Made by a program: the position numbers and the translations under genes
The notes under the pieces: model-generated
Told to the model about the DNA's origin: nothing
Databases searched by the model: none
The model's input: the letters and a program-made list of their open reading frames with translations, nothing else
Virus record (IMG/VR): IMGVR_UViG_3300044675_006217
Length of the DNA: 59,594 bases
Strand: one strand, 5' to 3'
Source: an uncultured virus (IMG/VR IMGVR_UViG_3300044675_006217)
Taxonomy: Duplodnaviria > Heunggongvirae > Uroviricota > Caudoviricetes
In this document: in pieces, positions 29,512-39,032 of the stretch
How the letters are laid out: the number at the start of each line of letters is the position of its first letter
Numbering within the stretch: the stretch's first letter is position 1

Positions 29512-30626
29512 AAGTAACCTTAGAATATGTATGGTTAGATGGATATACTCCAGAACCAAACCTTAGAAGTAAAGTAAAAGTTGAAGAAATTAATACAAAT
29601 GTGAATGAGTTCAAATTTCCAGAATGGAGTTTCGATGGGTCATCAACAAATCAAGCAAACACAGAAAATTCAGATAAAATATTAAAACCTATAAGATATT
29701 ATACTCAAAAATCTTTTCCTTTAGAAAATAGCAGGGTATATGTTTTATGTGAAGTATTAAATTCAGACGGCACACCCGACGAATCAAACATTAGGTCAAA
29801 AGTTGAAAACCAAGAAGATTTGTGGTTTGGTTTTGAACAAGAATATTTTATTAAAAATTCAAAAACAAATAATATCTTAGGCCACGAAACCCCACATTTA
29901 GAACCCCAAGGAAAATATTATTGTGGAGTTGGACATAATGTTGTTGGAAGGGGTTTTGCTGAGGAACACATGGCGTTATGTTTAATGTATGGTATGGAAA
30001 TAACAGGTATTAATGCTGAAGTCGCATTAGGACAATGGGAATACCAAGTTTTTTCTAAAGGAAGTTTGAAGGCTGCCGATGATTTATGGATGACAAGATA
30101 TTTTTTACATAGACTTTCAGAAAAGTACAACTATGAAATAATTTTACACCCAAAACCAATTAAAGGTGATTGGAATGGTTCAGGGATGCATACCAATTTT
30201 TCAAATGAAAGAATGAGAACACTTGGTGGTTATGAATATTTTCAAGCAATTTTCAATACATTTGGTTCAAGACATCATGACCATATTAAAAATTACGGTT
30301 CCGAAAATAATTTGAGACTTACAGGAAAACACGAAACACAATCAATTGAAAAATATAGTTATGGTATTGGTGATAGAGGGGCATCAATTAGAATCCCAAA
30401 ATCAACCGCCGAAAATTGGAAAGGGTATATTGAAGATAGAAGACCGGCATCTAACGCTGATTCATATAAAGTTGTTTTAGAAATTATAAAATCACTTAAA
30501 AGTACAGAAACATTAATGGAGATTACCATGAAAATGAATACCAAAATAAACGTAGATGAACTGAGCGGTAAATACGGAACAGTTACAAATGAAGAGTTGT
30601 TAAAAGAATACAGAGAAGAGGAATAA
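29508..30626 (+). CDS. glnII: glutamine synthetase type II (auxiliary metabolic gene)
   Basis: EYVWLDG, LRSK, WSFDGSST, GFEQEY, NAEV..GQWEYQ, DWNGSGMHTNFS, RLTGKHET, RGASIRIP, YIEDRRP. Confidence 0.95.
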   Translation: MKVTLEYVWLDGYTPEPNLRSKVKVEEINTNVNEFKFPEWSFDGSSTNQANTENSDKILKPIRYYTQKSFPLENSRVYVLCEVLNSDGTPDESNIRSKVENQEDLWFGFEQEYFIKNSKTNNILGHETPHLEPQGKYYCGVGHNVVGRGFAEEHMALCLMYGMEITGINAEVALGQWEYQVFSKGSLKAADDLWMTRYFLHRLSEKYNYEIILHPKPIKGDWNGSGMHTNFSNERMRTLGGYEYFQAIFNTFGSRHHDHIKNYGSENNLRLTGKHETQSIEKYSYGIGDRGASIRIPKSTAENWKGYIEDRRPASNADSYKVVLEIIKSLKSTETLMEITMKMNTKINVDELSGKYGTVTNEELLKEYREEE

Positions 30627-30976
30627 TGGTTAATGGATGGGCGTTATTAGTGGAGATAGTTTTTGGTTTTTTAGCCCAAATTGGAACATTCTTCCAACTT
30701 CAAGGACCTTTTAAATATGAATGGATAAAAAATAATTATTGGTTAACAGTAATGATGGGTATACCAATATCTATGTTATTTATTTATTCTGTAAAAAATA
30801 TGATAATAGCGTTTAATGGTCAAATGTGGCCTTCAAGGTTGATTGGGTTTAGTGTTGGAGCAGTTGTTTTTACATGGTTAAGTTGGTTAATTTTTAAAGA
30901 ACCACTAACACTTAAAACCATAGTTTGTTTAATTTTAGCAATAGGAATTTTAATAATACAATTATTTTGGAAATAG
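30626..30976 (+). CDS. small 4-TM membrane protein (DMT/EamA-like)
   Basis: Four TM helices; FKEPLTLK motif. Confidence 0.6.
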   Translation: MVNGWALLVEIVFGFLAQIGTFFQLQGPFKYEWIKNNYWLTVMMGIPISMLFIYSVKNMIIAFNGQMWPSRLIGFSVGAVVFTWLSWLIFKEPLTLKTIVCLILAIGILIIQLFWK

Positions 30977-30977
30977 A

Positions 30978-31211
30978 ATGGAAAATAAAGAACAGGTAAA
31001 CCATCCAGAACATTATGGAGGTTCAGAAAACACATACGAAGCAATCAAAGTTATTGATGCTTGGGATTTGGGATTTAGTTTAGGAAATACAGTAAAATAT
31101 ATATCACGTGCAGGAAAAAAAAGAAAAGATAAAGAACTTGAAGACCTCAGAAAGGCTCTTTGGTACCTCCAACACCACATCGAAACGCTTGAAAAAGAAA
31201 ACAGGTTTTGA
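30978..31211 (+). CDS. DUF3310 family protein
   Basis: VNHPEHY...GNTVKYISRAGKK...EDLRKALWYL. Confidence 0.85.
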   Translation: MENKEQVNHPEHYGGSENTYEAIKVIDAWDLGFSLGNTVKYISRAGKKRKDKELEDLRKALWYLQHHIETLEKENRF

Positions 31212-31503
31212 TAAAGAAATAAATGTTTGGGACGCTCTTACAACACCAAACGAATTATTAAGAGAAACCCTTATAAATTTTATGTGGGGATTTTTAGGTA
31301 ATTCAATAGTAGTTTTTGCGGCAAAAGAACTGGACTTTATGGTTTTAATTAACTATATTGTTTATTACGTATTGATTTCTTACATTGTTAATAGAAAAAA
31401 ATATGAAACCATGTTAGGTAAATTTGTTGTCCTACCTGGTTCGGCGGCGGCAGGGGCATTTACAGGATATAAATTAGCACAAATAATAGCAGAATTGGTA
31501 TGA
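31189..31503 (+). CDS. membrane protein
   Basis: Hydrophobic helices; TTG start inferred. Confidence 0.6.
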   Translation: MKKKTGFDKEINVWDALTTPNELLRETLINFMWGFLGNSIVVFAAKELDFMVLINYIVYYVLISYIVNRKKYETMLGKFVVLPGSAAAGAFTGYKLAQIIAELV

Positions 31504-31618
31504 AAATTAAAAAAAAACATAGAAAGAAGATATAGAATTATTGCGGGATGTATAATTTTATTTTGGTTAATGATGACAAGGGTTTTAGTTAGTGAAGTAA
31601 TAAAAATGATATTTTAAA

Positions 31619-32470
31619 ATGATAGAAACAGGAAGAATAATTAATGGAGATTGTATTGAGGTAATGAAGACATTACCAGAAGGGTGTATTGATTTGGTTG
31701 TTACAAGTCCACCATATGGTGTGGGAATTGATTATGACGTACATGAAGATGATGTTGAGTTCACAGAGTATGTTGAATTTGCTAAGTCTTGGTTGTCTGA
31801 AACATATAGATTATTAAAAGACGATGGACGTATCGCTTTGAACATTCCCTATGAAATCAACAGACAAAAAAAAGGTGGACGTATTTTCTTTGTTTCTGAA
31901 ATGTGGCAAATCATGAAAGAAATTGGATTTGGTTTTTTTGGTATTGTCGACCTTGAAGAACAATCACCACATAGAAGTAAAACTACAGCTTGGGGTTCTT
32001 GGATGAGCCCATCATCACCTTATATCTACAACCCAAAAGAGTGTGTTATTTTAGCATATAAAAAACATCATATTAAAAAAGTTAAAGGAGAACCGCAATG
32101 GATAGGAACACCAACTGAGGTTGAAAATAAAGATGGTATAGTAAGAACTAAAAATGTATATGAAGAACAGGATAAGAAAGAGTTTATGGAACTTGTGTTT
32201 GGTCAGTGGAATTACTTTGCAGATACTAAATCACTCACCAAGGCAACGTTCTCGATGGACATTCCAACCAAAGCGATTAAAATACTATCCTACAAGAACG
32301 ATATAGTTATGGACCCATTCGCTGGTAGTGGTACTAGTTTAGTGGCCGCACAAATACTTGACCGAAGGTGGTTGGGAATAGAACTAAGTGAAAATTATAC
32401 AAATATCGCAAGAACAAGAGTTGAATACTTCAAAACATTAGAAACTCTACAAGAAACCCCACCATTATAG
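31619..32470 (+). CDS. DNA methyltransferase (beta class, SPPY; likely N4-cytosine)
   Basis: GDC, VTSPPY, MDPFAGSGTS. Confidence 0.92.
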   Translation: MIETGRIINGDCIEVMKTLPEGCIDLVVTSPPYGVGIDYDVHEDDVEFTEYVEFAKSWLSETYRLLKDDGRIALNIPYEINRQKKGGRIFFVSEMWQIMKEIGFGFFGIVDLEEQSPHRSKTTAWGSWMSPSSPYIYNPKECVILAYKKHHIKKVKGEPQWIGTPTEVENKDGIVRTKNVYEEQDKKEFMELVFGQWNYFADTKSLTKATFSMDIPTKAIKILSYKNDIVMDPFAGSGTSLVAAQILDRRWLGIELSENYTNIARTRVEYFKTLETLQETPPL

Positions 32471-32503
32471 TGGGGATTTTTGTTTTATAGTATATTTATT
32501 GTT

Positions 32504-33505
32504 ATGAATACAATCCTCAACGAACAAATTTTAAGAATTAAACAAGTCATGGGAATTTGTGAAACTAAAGAAGAGGATAAAAAAATTATAGATAATTGGT
32601 TTGAATATGTTAAAAATACATCACATGAGGATGCTGTAAATCAAATGAATAATGGGGGAAAATATTTAGAACTAAGACAAGAATCTATTGATGCTGGGGA
32701 AAGAATTTTTGTTTATGAAAAAATAGAAGAAGCCAAGTCCATTGATGAATTAATAAATTTATTTAGAAGAGACTTCAAGTTTATAGATTATGTACGTAAA
32801 CATTTTTGGGGAACTGGAAATCAACGGTACTTGGAAATGAAACAAGCGTTATGTCTTCTTAATGGGGGGTCTGAAAATCAATGTTATGATTTAGATTTGC
32901 GTTCTGATATACTACTCTATGATAAACCCATAAATTGGGACAAAGTAAATAAAATTGTTGACGAAATACCAGGACTAAAAGAAAGGGTTTATAGATTAAA
33001 AAGAATAGCTAGTGCGAATAAAATAACCTCAAATTTTGAAACTAATCAACCAAACATCAAAAAAAACAAACCAACGAGCGGTCCTGACCAATACATATCA
33101 AAATTAAACTACAGTGATGTTGGATTTAATACTGCAGAACCCAGTGAAAGTATGAAAAAATACGCCGAAGCATTATCAAAAGAAAACCCAAATGAAATTG
33201 AATCGTTGGTAAATAATTTAGTTGACAGGTTCAAAAATTTGATGACAACCAAAGTAAATAAAGAAATAAGCGCTGCGGGTATGAGTAAAAGTTGGGCATA
33301 TTGGGATATTGGTAAACAACTTTATTTTTATAATAATCCTGAAGAAAGTAATTACAGACTTGGAAATCCTCTAACTGACAAATGGATACAACAAAGTATT
33401 ATTAACAGAATGATTGGTTGGGAAGTTACAAATGGAGGAAAAAAACAAAATGGCGATAAATATTCTTCTGAAGAATTAACAAATATTGGAGAAACTTATT
33501 TATGA
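32504..33505 (+). CDS. hypothetical protein (putative virion)
   Basis: ATG after TATTTAT; LNEQILRIKQVMG leader. Confidence 0.65.
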   Translation: MNTILNEQILRIKQVMGICETKEEDKKIIDNWFEYVKNTSHEDAVNQMNNGGKYLELRQESIDAGERIFVYEKIEEAKSIDELINLFRRDFKFIDYVRKHFWGTGNQRYLEMKQALCLLNGGSENQCYDLDLRSDILLYDKPINWDKVNKIVDEIPGLKERVYRLKRIASANKITSNFETNQPNIKKNKPTSGPDQYISKLNYSDVGFNTAEPSESMKKYAEALSKENPNEIESLVNNLVDRFKNLMTTKVNKEISAAGMSKSWAYWDIGKQLYFYNNPEESNYRLGNPLTDKWIQQSIINRMIGWEVTNGGKKQNGDKYSSEELTNIGETYL

Positions 33506-35013
33506 AAATTATTATAACTGAAAGTCAATTTAGAATGATGATTAAAGAATCAGGTATTAGAGATATTAATGATATTGCAAAAAGATACCCAAAGGCTAAA
33601 ATTTATTTTCATCAAGATTTAGATGGTGTTACAACGGCAATAGCCATGAAAAACTATTTGGAACAAAATGGTATTGATGTTGTTGATTGTGAAGTAATAC
33701 AGTACGGGTCAAAAGAATTTGCAATAAAAAAACCTGAAGGTGAAGGGAACATTATGCCGGTCTTAGTTGATTTTGCACACGGTAAACCAATGTTTGTTAT
33801 TCATACAGACCATCACGATAGTCAATCCGGTGTCGAAGACGATACTGCGACAAGTTTTAAACACGCAAGGTCCAATGTTGAAACAATTTCTCAAACAATT
33901 TCACCAAAAGATTTATTTAAAGACGAAGATTTATATCTAATATCGACAGTCGATTCGGCAAACTTTGCTGTAAATCAAATAACTCCAGAAATGGTAATGA
34001 ATTTTGTTTTTAAGTATGACAAATATGAAAGTGTTAAAAGAAATAAAATGATGATGGGGCTTGTCGTTAATAAACTTCTTTTATCGTATAAAAATGATAA
34101 GGTTAATGGTAGAAATTTTCTTGAATATTTAGTAATGAACTGCGAACCATCACTTGAAAATTTATATAATACAATAACAAAAATTGCAAAAGAACAAGGA
34201 TATGCCACGGTTGAAACTATGACACAAAATCAAGAAAAATTCATAGAAGCAAGAAAGAAAGAAGGGGCAATAGAAAAAACAGGAAATGTTATATCACAAT
34301 ATGGGTTAGGTAGTATGAGAAAAGGTTCTTATGATAGATACGTTCCATTTAGAATACACCCTGACGCAGACTTTCTAGTTACAGGTCTTGGAGGGCAAGT
34401 CGGAATGGTTCAAGCATCTTGTAATCCATTTAAAGAAGAAAGAGCACTTAAAGGTATAAACTTAGGTGAAATCAAAGATGAAGTTTTAAATATCTTCAAA
34501 CCTGAATTAGAAAAAGAAATATTAAGTTTTAGAATTATTAAAAGAATCTCAGAAAGAGAGGCAACACCTGAGTCAGTTGGATTCACATCAAAAGATATGA
34601 TGGCGTTATATGGTAAAATGCCTTCATTTGATTCTGAAAAACTAACTATTAATGGTTATGACTTTTTGAAAGCAAATTCAGGAGGACATAAATGTATTAC
34701 CAACATATCAGGAATAAACTTCCTATATAGTGGATATGATAAACCATACACGAAAGATTTACCTGAAGAAACATTACCGATTGCAAATTACGAAGGAGAT
34801 AATAATTTTGTTAAAGACATTAAACAAAAACTTTTAAGATTTAGAAAGTTGTCAGAAAAACAAATTGAAGCGGCTCTTAATCAAATAAGAAGAGAAGGTA
34901 TAAATTTTGAAGATGAAACAGAAAGTACTCCAAAAAGAACTTATTCGGATTTAGTAAAAGATATGAAAAATACTTTTGTGGATATTTTAAATAAAAAAAT
35001 TGAAAATAGTTAA
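33502..35013 (+). CDS. DHH-family phosphoesterase with virion-type leader
   Basis: HQDLDG, LVDF, TDHH, VDS and SGGH motifs; MKIIITESQF..MIKE leader. Confidence 0.7.
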   Translation: MKIIITESQFRMMIKESGIRDINDIAKRYPKAKIYFHQDLDGVTTAIAMKNYLEQNGIDVVDCEVIQYGSKEFAIKKPEGEGNIMPVLVDFAHGKPMFVIHTDHHDSQSGVEDDTATSFKHARSNVETISQTISPKDLFKDEDLYLISTVDSANFAVNQITPEMVMNFVFKYDKYESVKRNKMMMGLVVNKLLLSYKNDKVNGRNFLEYLVMNCEPSLENLYNTITKIAKEQGYATVETMTQNQEKFIEARKKEGAIEKTGNVISQYGLGSMRKGSYDRYVPFRIHPDADFLVTGLGGQVGMVQASCNPFKEERALKGINLGEIKDEVLNIFKPELEKEILSFRIIKRISEREATPESVGFTSKDMMALYGKMPSFDSEKLTINGYDFLKANSGGHKCITNISGINFLYSGYDKPYTKDLPEETLPIANYEGDNNFVKDIKQKLLRFRKLSEKQIEAALNQIRREGINFEDETESTPKRTYSDLVKDMKNTFVDILNKKIENS

Positions 35014-35366
35014 AACATTGAGGTTTTAATTTTGTCACCCTCTTTAATGTTTAATTCTTTACAAGTACCACCATTAAGTTCCAAAACAGTATTTCCAAAT
35101 CCTTCAAACATTTCACAATCTTCCTCATTACCACAAGGAAGACAATTATGATTTATTTTGGTAATCACATTACCGTCAATCATTATTATATCTAAAGGAA
35201 TAATACAATTGTACATCCAAAAAGTTTGGGTTTTTTTCTCTGGCATCATAAATAACATACCATCAAAATTATTATCAAACTTTTTACCCATCATACCTTT
35301 CTGAATTGAATCAGTATTAGCAACGACTTTACAATTAAAAATGTTATCTTTGACTAAAATTTTCAC
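35010..35366 (-). CDS. DUF192 family protein
   Basis: KGMM, GMLF, FWMYN..IPLDII, VLELNGG. Confidence 0.85.
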   Translation of the reverse strand: MKILVKDNIFNCKVVANTDSIQKGMMGKKFDNNFDGMLFMMPEKKTQTFWMYNCIIPLDIIMIDGNVITKINHNCLPCGNEEDCEMFEGFGNTVLELNGGTCKELNIKEGDKIKTSMF

Positions 35367-35422
35367 ATAATATAAATATTTCAAAAAAATTTAAAAGCAA
35401 TAAAACTTTTGATAAGCAAAGA

Positions 35423-35468
35423 TATATTTATATTTATCACAAAAAAATCAAAAAATTTTTATTGTAAT
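35423..35468 (+). repeat. 46-bp direct repeat, copy 1 (copy 2 at 35974-36019)
   Basis: TATATTTATATTTATCACAAAAAAATCAAAAAATTTTTATTGTAAT is identical at both sites. Confidence 0.9.
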
Positions 35469-35485
35469 ACGAACAAATATCAAGA

Positions 35486-35956
35486 ATGAAATCTATGATA
35501 AATATTTTTGAAAGTGGCCATATTCCAACTAATATTTTATTTGAGGGAGAAACTAAAAATACTTTTGGTAAAAAAATAAAAATTATGGGTTTAGATGAAA
35601 ATTTAATTGGTTATGTGAATGTAGTATCTTTTGATAATGGGTGGGAATTAGATTATGACATACCTAGATTATATGAAGAAAAAAGTTGGTGCAAAAAAAA
35701 TTGTGATAAAAACTTTTTTAATAGGGACAATAGCACACACATTTACGATGTATATGTAAATGAAAATTTTAGAGGAAATGGTTTTGGAAAACAAATTATG
35801 AATTTGGCTCACGATGTATCTAAACAGGAAGGATTTAAGTATTGTACTTTAATTACTCATCGAGAAAACAATACCGCACAAAACTTATATAAAAATTTAG
35901 GATACGATTTACACTATTCAGATGACGTAAAAGATTTTTATTTTCTTGAATTGTAA
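35486..35956 (+). CDS. GNAT N-acetyltransferase
   Basis: VYVNENFRGNGFGK (acetyl-CoA motif A) and N..A..LY..LGY. Confidence 0.9.
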   Translation: MKSMINIFESGHIPTNILFEGETKNTFGKKIKIMGLDENLIGYVNVVSFDNGWELDYDIPRLYEEKSWCKKNCDKNFFNRDNSTHIYDVYVNENFRGNGFGKQIMNLAHDVSKQEGFKYCTLITHRENNTAQNLYKNLGYDLHYSDDVKDFYFLEL

Positions 35957-35973
35957 CTTTTTGTAAACTTAGC

Positions 35974-36019
35974 TATATTTATATTTATCACAAAAAAATC
36001 AAAAAATTTTTATTGTAAT
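35974..36019 (+). repeat. 46-bp direct repeat, copy 2
   Basis: Identical to 35423-35468. Confidence 0.9.
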
Positions 36020-36100
36020 GTTTGACAAATCAAAATAATAGTATTAGATTTGTAAAACAATTGGGAAACGACCCATTGTATAATTTGAAAAATTGAAAGT

Positions 36101-36244
36101 ATGAGTGAAGATTTAATCAACATTTCAGAGATTTTTTATTATTTTGACGATAAAGGAAGAAAACTTTATACTTCAAATGAAGTCTTTGCAAGTGTGAGAG
36201 CAAACTACTACGGAACTGAAGATGTTTTTGTAGAAAAAGTTTAA
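36101..36244 (+). CDS. small hypothetical protein (47 aa)
   Basis: MSEDLINISEIFYYFDDKGRKLYTSN...; follows the promoter at 36021-36052. Confidence 0.6.
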   Translation: MSEDLINISEIFYYFDDKGRKLYTSNEVFASVRANYYGTEDVFVEKV

Positions 36245-36250
36245 AAAAAA

Positions 36251-36348
36251 TTTGACAGTCTCAAATTAAATACATAACTTTGTAAAAGATTTGAAACTTA
36301 TAGGTGATGAAAGATACTCAGTATTCAAATCACAAACGTTCTTTGAAA
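36251..36348 (+). promoter_or_regulatory. promoter, hairpin and boxA-like antitermination leader
   Basis: TTTG (36251), N20, TAACTTTG (36275); GTGAT/ATCAC hairpin; GTTCTTTGAAA at 36338. Confidence 0.6.
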
Positions 36349-36431
36349 TTTAATACGAACAAATTGTTCAAACAAAATTTAAAAAAAAAGATTAACCCCC
36401 TTTTCTTTAAAATTTGTAAAACGAAGAGTTC

Positions 36432-37234
36432 AATGGGCCGTGTATGGTCCATTAAAATAAACCACGAAAGTGGGATAAAGTGAATCAAAAGTGTAATTGA
36501 TTTGCGTCTTGGTTGTCTTCGGATAATCGAGGTCGAGTACACAAGCGGGATACCGTTTAACCTTTAGTACCGAGGGCAACGCTGTAGGGAAAGTGGTTAG
36601 ATGATTGGGCGATGTGGGTCGTCTAATTGAGGTGGGAACACCAATAGGAATAACTCGTAGGAATTTTGCAAAACAAAGTGTTCCAACACTTTTATTGCGA
36701 GTTCCATTATTAGAGGATACTTAAAACCGAAAGGTATGTTGATGTACAGGTGGTGCTGTTATTGACCTTGACCGACTCCCACCAAGGAGTTAGTTTCGAA
36801 GTAGTCTTGAAATATGGAAATGGGGACATTTCAGAGAGTAGTTGTGTATTCTATTGTTCAAAAGATAATAGAGCCCGTGACGGACCACTACTTTCACAAT
36901 CCACGACACAAAACTTAATTATTATTAACTATTAATTTTAAATAAGGAAAAGTGTCCGTCAGGTCTAATCGAAAGGTGACTACATAGTCGTGAGTTGTTC
37001 ACGGCACATAAAGCTCCCAAGGCTGAGTGTATTTTTACAAAAGACCTCTATTCCCGCAAGGAAGAGTTGGGGAGGCATCCTCGAAGAGAGTTGAGTAATA
37101 AGAGAGTAGTTTAGACCTCAAGGAGTGATTCACCTAAATAATCGTCACTGAGAAATACCATTCAAAAGATGGTGGATAAGAGTAGAAACAATAATGACTC
37201 TAAAGGTTCTCACAATAAACGTGTAATCTCAGCG
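36432..37234 (+). ncRNA. large ornate structured RNA, probably GOLLD-class
   Basis: ~800-nt GC-enriched region with no credible ORF, many GNRA/UUCG hairpins and long-range helices, and two domains joined by an AT-rich linker. Large structured RNA is well supported; the GOLLD identity is an inference. Confidence 0.7.
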
Positions 37235-37332
37235 TTTTTTTTTAATGGAGCCACCGGTAAAAAAATTGATGGATAGTAAAATATTATTATCCATTTTTTT
37301 GTGCAATTAATTTTTTTATATATCTTTGTGGT

Positions 37333-37716
37333 ATGGAAAAAAATCAATTAGTTAAAGACAATCAAATAGCGGTAATCAAAAAATTCTTAGGTAAAAACAT
37401 TTTCAAATTAGTTAATTTATATAAATGGAGTGAGTATAACAACACTGTTGTCAAAATAACAAATATTAGAAAATATTCAGACGGGTATAACAAATATCGT
37501 ACTCACGAAAAATACATTTATCAATTCGATGTAATTGTTGATATGAAATGTGATTATTGGGCTTACTCAACTCAATATCAAAAAAATCACGCTAGAAATG
37601 CAAATAGATACATAAGACGATTAATCGATGCAACAATTAAAGAAGAATTGAAATATTTTGCTATATCAGATATTGATGAAATAGTAGTTAAAAAAATTAC
37701 TTGGGATTATTTGTAA
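37333..37716 (+). CDS. hypothetical protein
   Basis: Follows TATCTTTG (37321). Confidence 0.65.
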   Translation: MEKNQLVKDNQIAVIKKFLGKNIFKLVNLYKWSEYNNTVVKITNIRKYSDGYNKYRTHEKYIYQFDVIVDMKCDYWAYSTQYQKNHARNANRYIRRLIDATIKEELKYFAISDIDEIVVKKITWDYL

Positions 37717-37749
37717 TATTGAAATATTATTTTTATATTTGTAGAAGAT

Positions 37750-38016
37750 ATGGCAACAATAAAAAATATACTACTTGTTCACCCTAAGCACGGGGAAATA
37801 TTAAATGAAACTTTTGTTGATGAGATTCAGTTTAAAATATTCTTAAACATGATTCACTCATCATTGACTCTTAAAGAAGACTTTTCAACTTTTAATGGGA
37901 AGGATTTCTTGATACATATTCCCTTTAATATGTTAAAAGAGTCATTAGTTTTGGGGACCAACAAGGACATAACCATGGCTGAAGTTCTTGTTGCAAAATC
38001 TAAATTGGAGGGGTAG
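37750..38016 (+). CDS. hypothetical protein
   Basis: Follows TATATTTG (37734). Confidence 0.65.
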   Translation: MATIKNILLVHPKHGEILNETFVDEIQFKIFLNMIHSSLTLKEDFSTFNGKDFLIHIPFNMLKESLVLGTNKDITMAEVLVAKSKLEG

Positions 38017-38081
38017 TTTCTTTGTTCTATAAAAACAAAGTGGTGGAGAGATGTTGGCACGAACCGTGTCGACCCAAAATT

Positions 38082-38108
38082 AAGGTGAAGGAGACTTCAC
38101 CTTTTTTT
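38082..38108 (+). terminator. intrinsic terminator
   Basis: AAGGTGAAG-gaga-CTTCACCTT-TTTTT. Confidence 0.8.
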
Positions 38109-38129
38109 ATTAATGATATATTTATTGTT

Positions 38130-38498
38130 ATGAATATTTTATCAACCATACGAAAGATTTTAATTGAAGAATCATTCCATCAGGATTTTATTTATGAAGA
38201 CATTTACGGCAATGTTGAAGAAATAAACTTGATACATGAGGCGGAGTATCAGGGACGAAAAGTTCAACTTGGTAAGATTATGCAAGGAGACATCAAAAAG
38301 TTCAAGGTATACGTTAAAAACGACAAAGGAAAGGTTGTTAAAGTGAACTTTGGGTTTGGTGGAAAATCAGCAAAAGGAAAACGAATGGTGATTAAAAAGA
38401 ACAATCCTGAAAGGAGACGTTCATTTAGAGCAAGACACAATTGCGATAATCCTGGCCCAAGATGGAAACCAAGATATTGGGCTTGTAGAACTTGGTGA
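38130..38498 (+). CDS. conserved basic phage protein (AEYQGRKV...SFRARHNC...RYWAC)
   Basis: Motif familiar from T4-like/huge phages; late leader IRKILIEE. Confidence 0.7.
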   Translation: MNILSTIRKILIEESFHQDFIYEDIYGNVEEINLIHEAEYQGRKVQLGKIMQGDIKKFKVYVKNDKGKVVKVNFGFGGKSAKGKRMVIKKNNPERRRSFRARHNCDNPGPRWKPRYWACRTW

Positions 38499-38502
38499 TA
38501 TT

Positions 38503-38802
38503 ATGGGAAGAATTATTATAACAGAAGAACAACTTGAAGAGGTTGTAAAACAACTTAAAGAAAACCATGAAGGAGGTTCTTACATGGCAAAACAACAACT
38601 TTTTACAATTGCAACTTTGGCACATAAAATGTGGGAAATGATGGAAGAAGGTGAACAACTTGAAGATTGGATGGAAACAAAAATTGCCCAATCAGAACAA
38701 TCAATTTTGGCGGTTGTTAAATCATATATGTATGATGAAATGGAAGATAGAATTAAGGGGTCAAGAGGATTTAATCCTGATGATTTAATTATTGGAATGT
38801 AA
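38503..38802 (+). CDS. hypothetical protein (virion-type leader)
   Basis: MGRIIITEEQL...LKE leader; MAKQQL and LEDWMETKI motifs. Confidence 0.7.
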   Translation: MGRIIITEEQLEEVVKQLKENHEGGSYMAKQQLFTIATLAHKMWEMMEEGEQLEDWMETKIAQSEQSILAVVKSYMYDEMEDRIKGSRGFNPDDLIIGM

Positions 38803-38898
38803 AAATTATCTTTTTTATAATTAACCCTCCTTTTTTTAATTGGGGGGTTTTTTATTTAAACAAAGTTTTATATATTTGTAATATAAATTAATTCAAAT

Positions 38899-38971
38899 GG
38901 TCCCATGATGTAATTGGATAACATATTTCTCTTCTAAAGAAATCTTTCAGGTTCGAACCCTGATGGGACTA
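38899..38971 (+). tRNA. tRNA-Arg(TCT)
   Basis: GGTCCCA/TGGGACT acceptor, TTTCT-cTTCTaa-AGAAA anticodon arm, GGTTCGAACC T arm. Confidence 0.88.
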
Positions 38972-39032
38972 CAAAAAAATAATAGGTATTGGTTCGTTTT
39001 TATTAAATTATAATATTTATAATAAAACAAAC

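Noticed and set aside
36330..36935. ORFs 36330..36542(-) and 36750..36935(+) as proteins
   Set aside because: They are short, have atypical composition and overlap densely base-paired RNA structure.
36432..37234. rRNA fragment, RNase P RNA, tmRNA or group II intron
   Set aside because: No universal rRNA motifs, no RNase P GAGGAAAGTCC or AAACCCGGCTTA-type helices, no tRNA-like ends, and no GTGCG start, domain V or interrupted gene.
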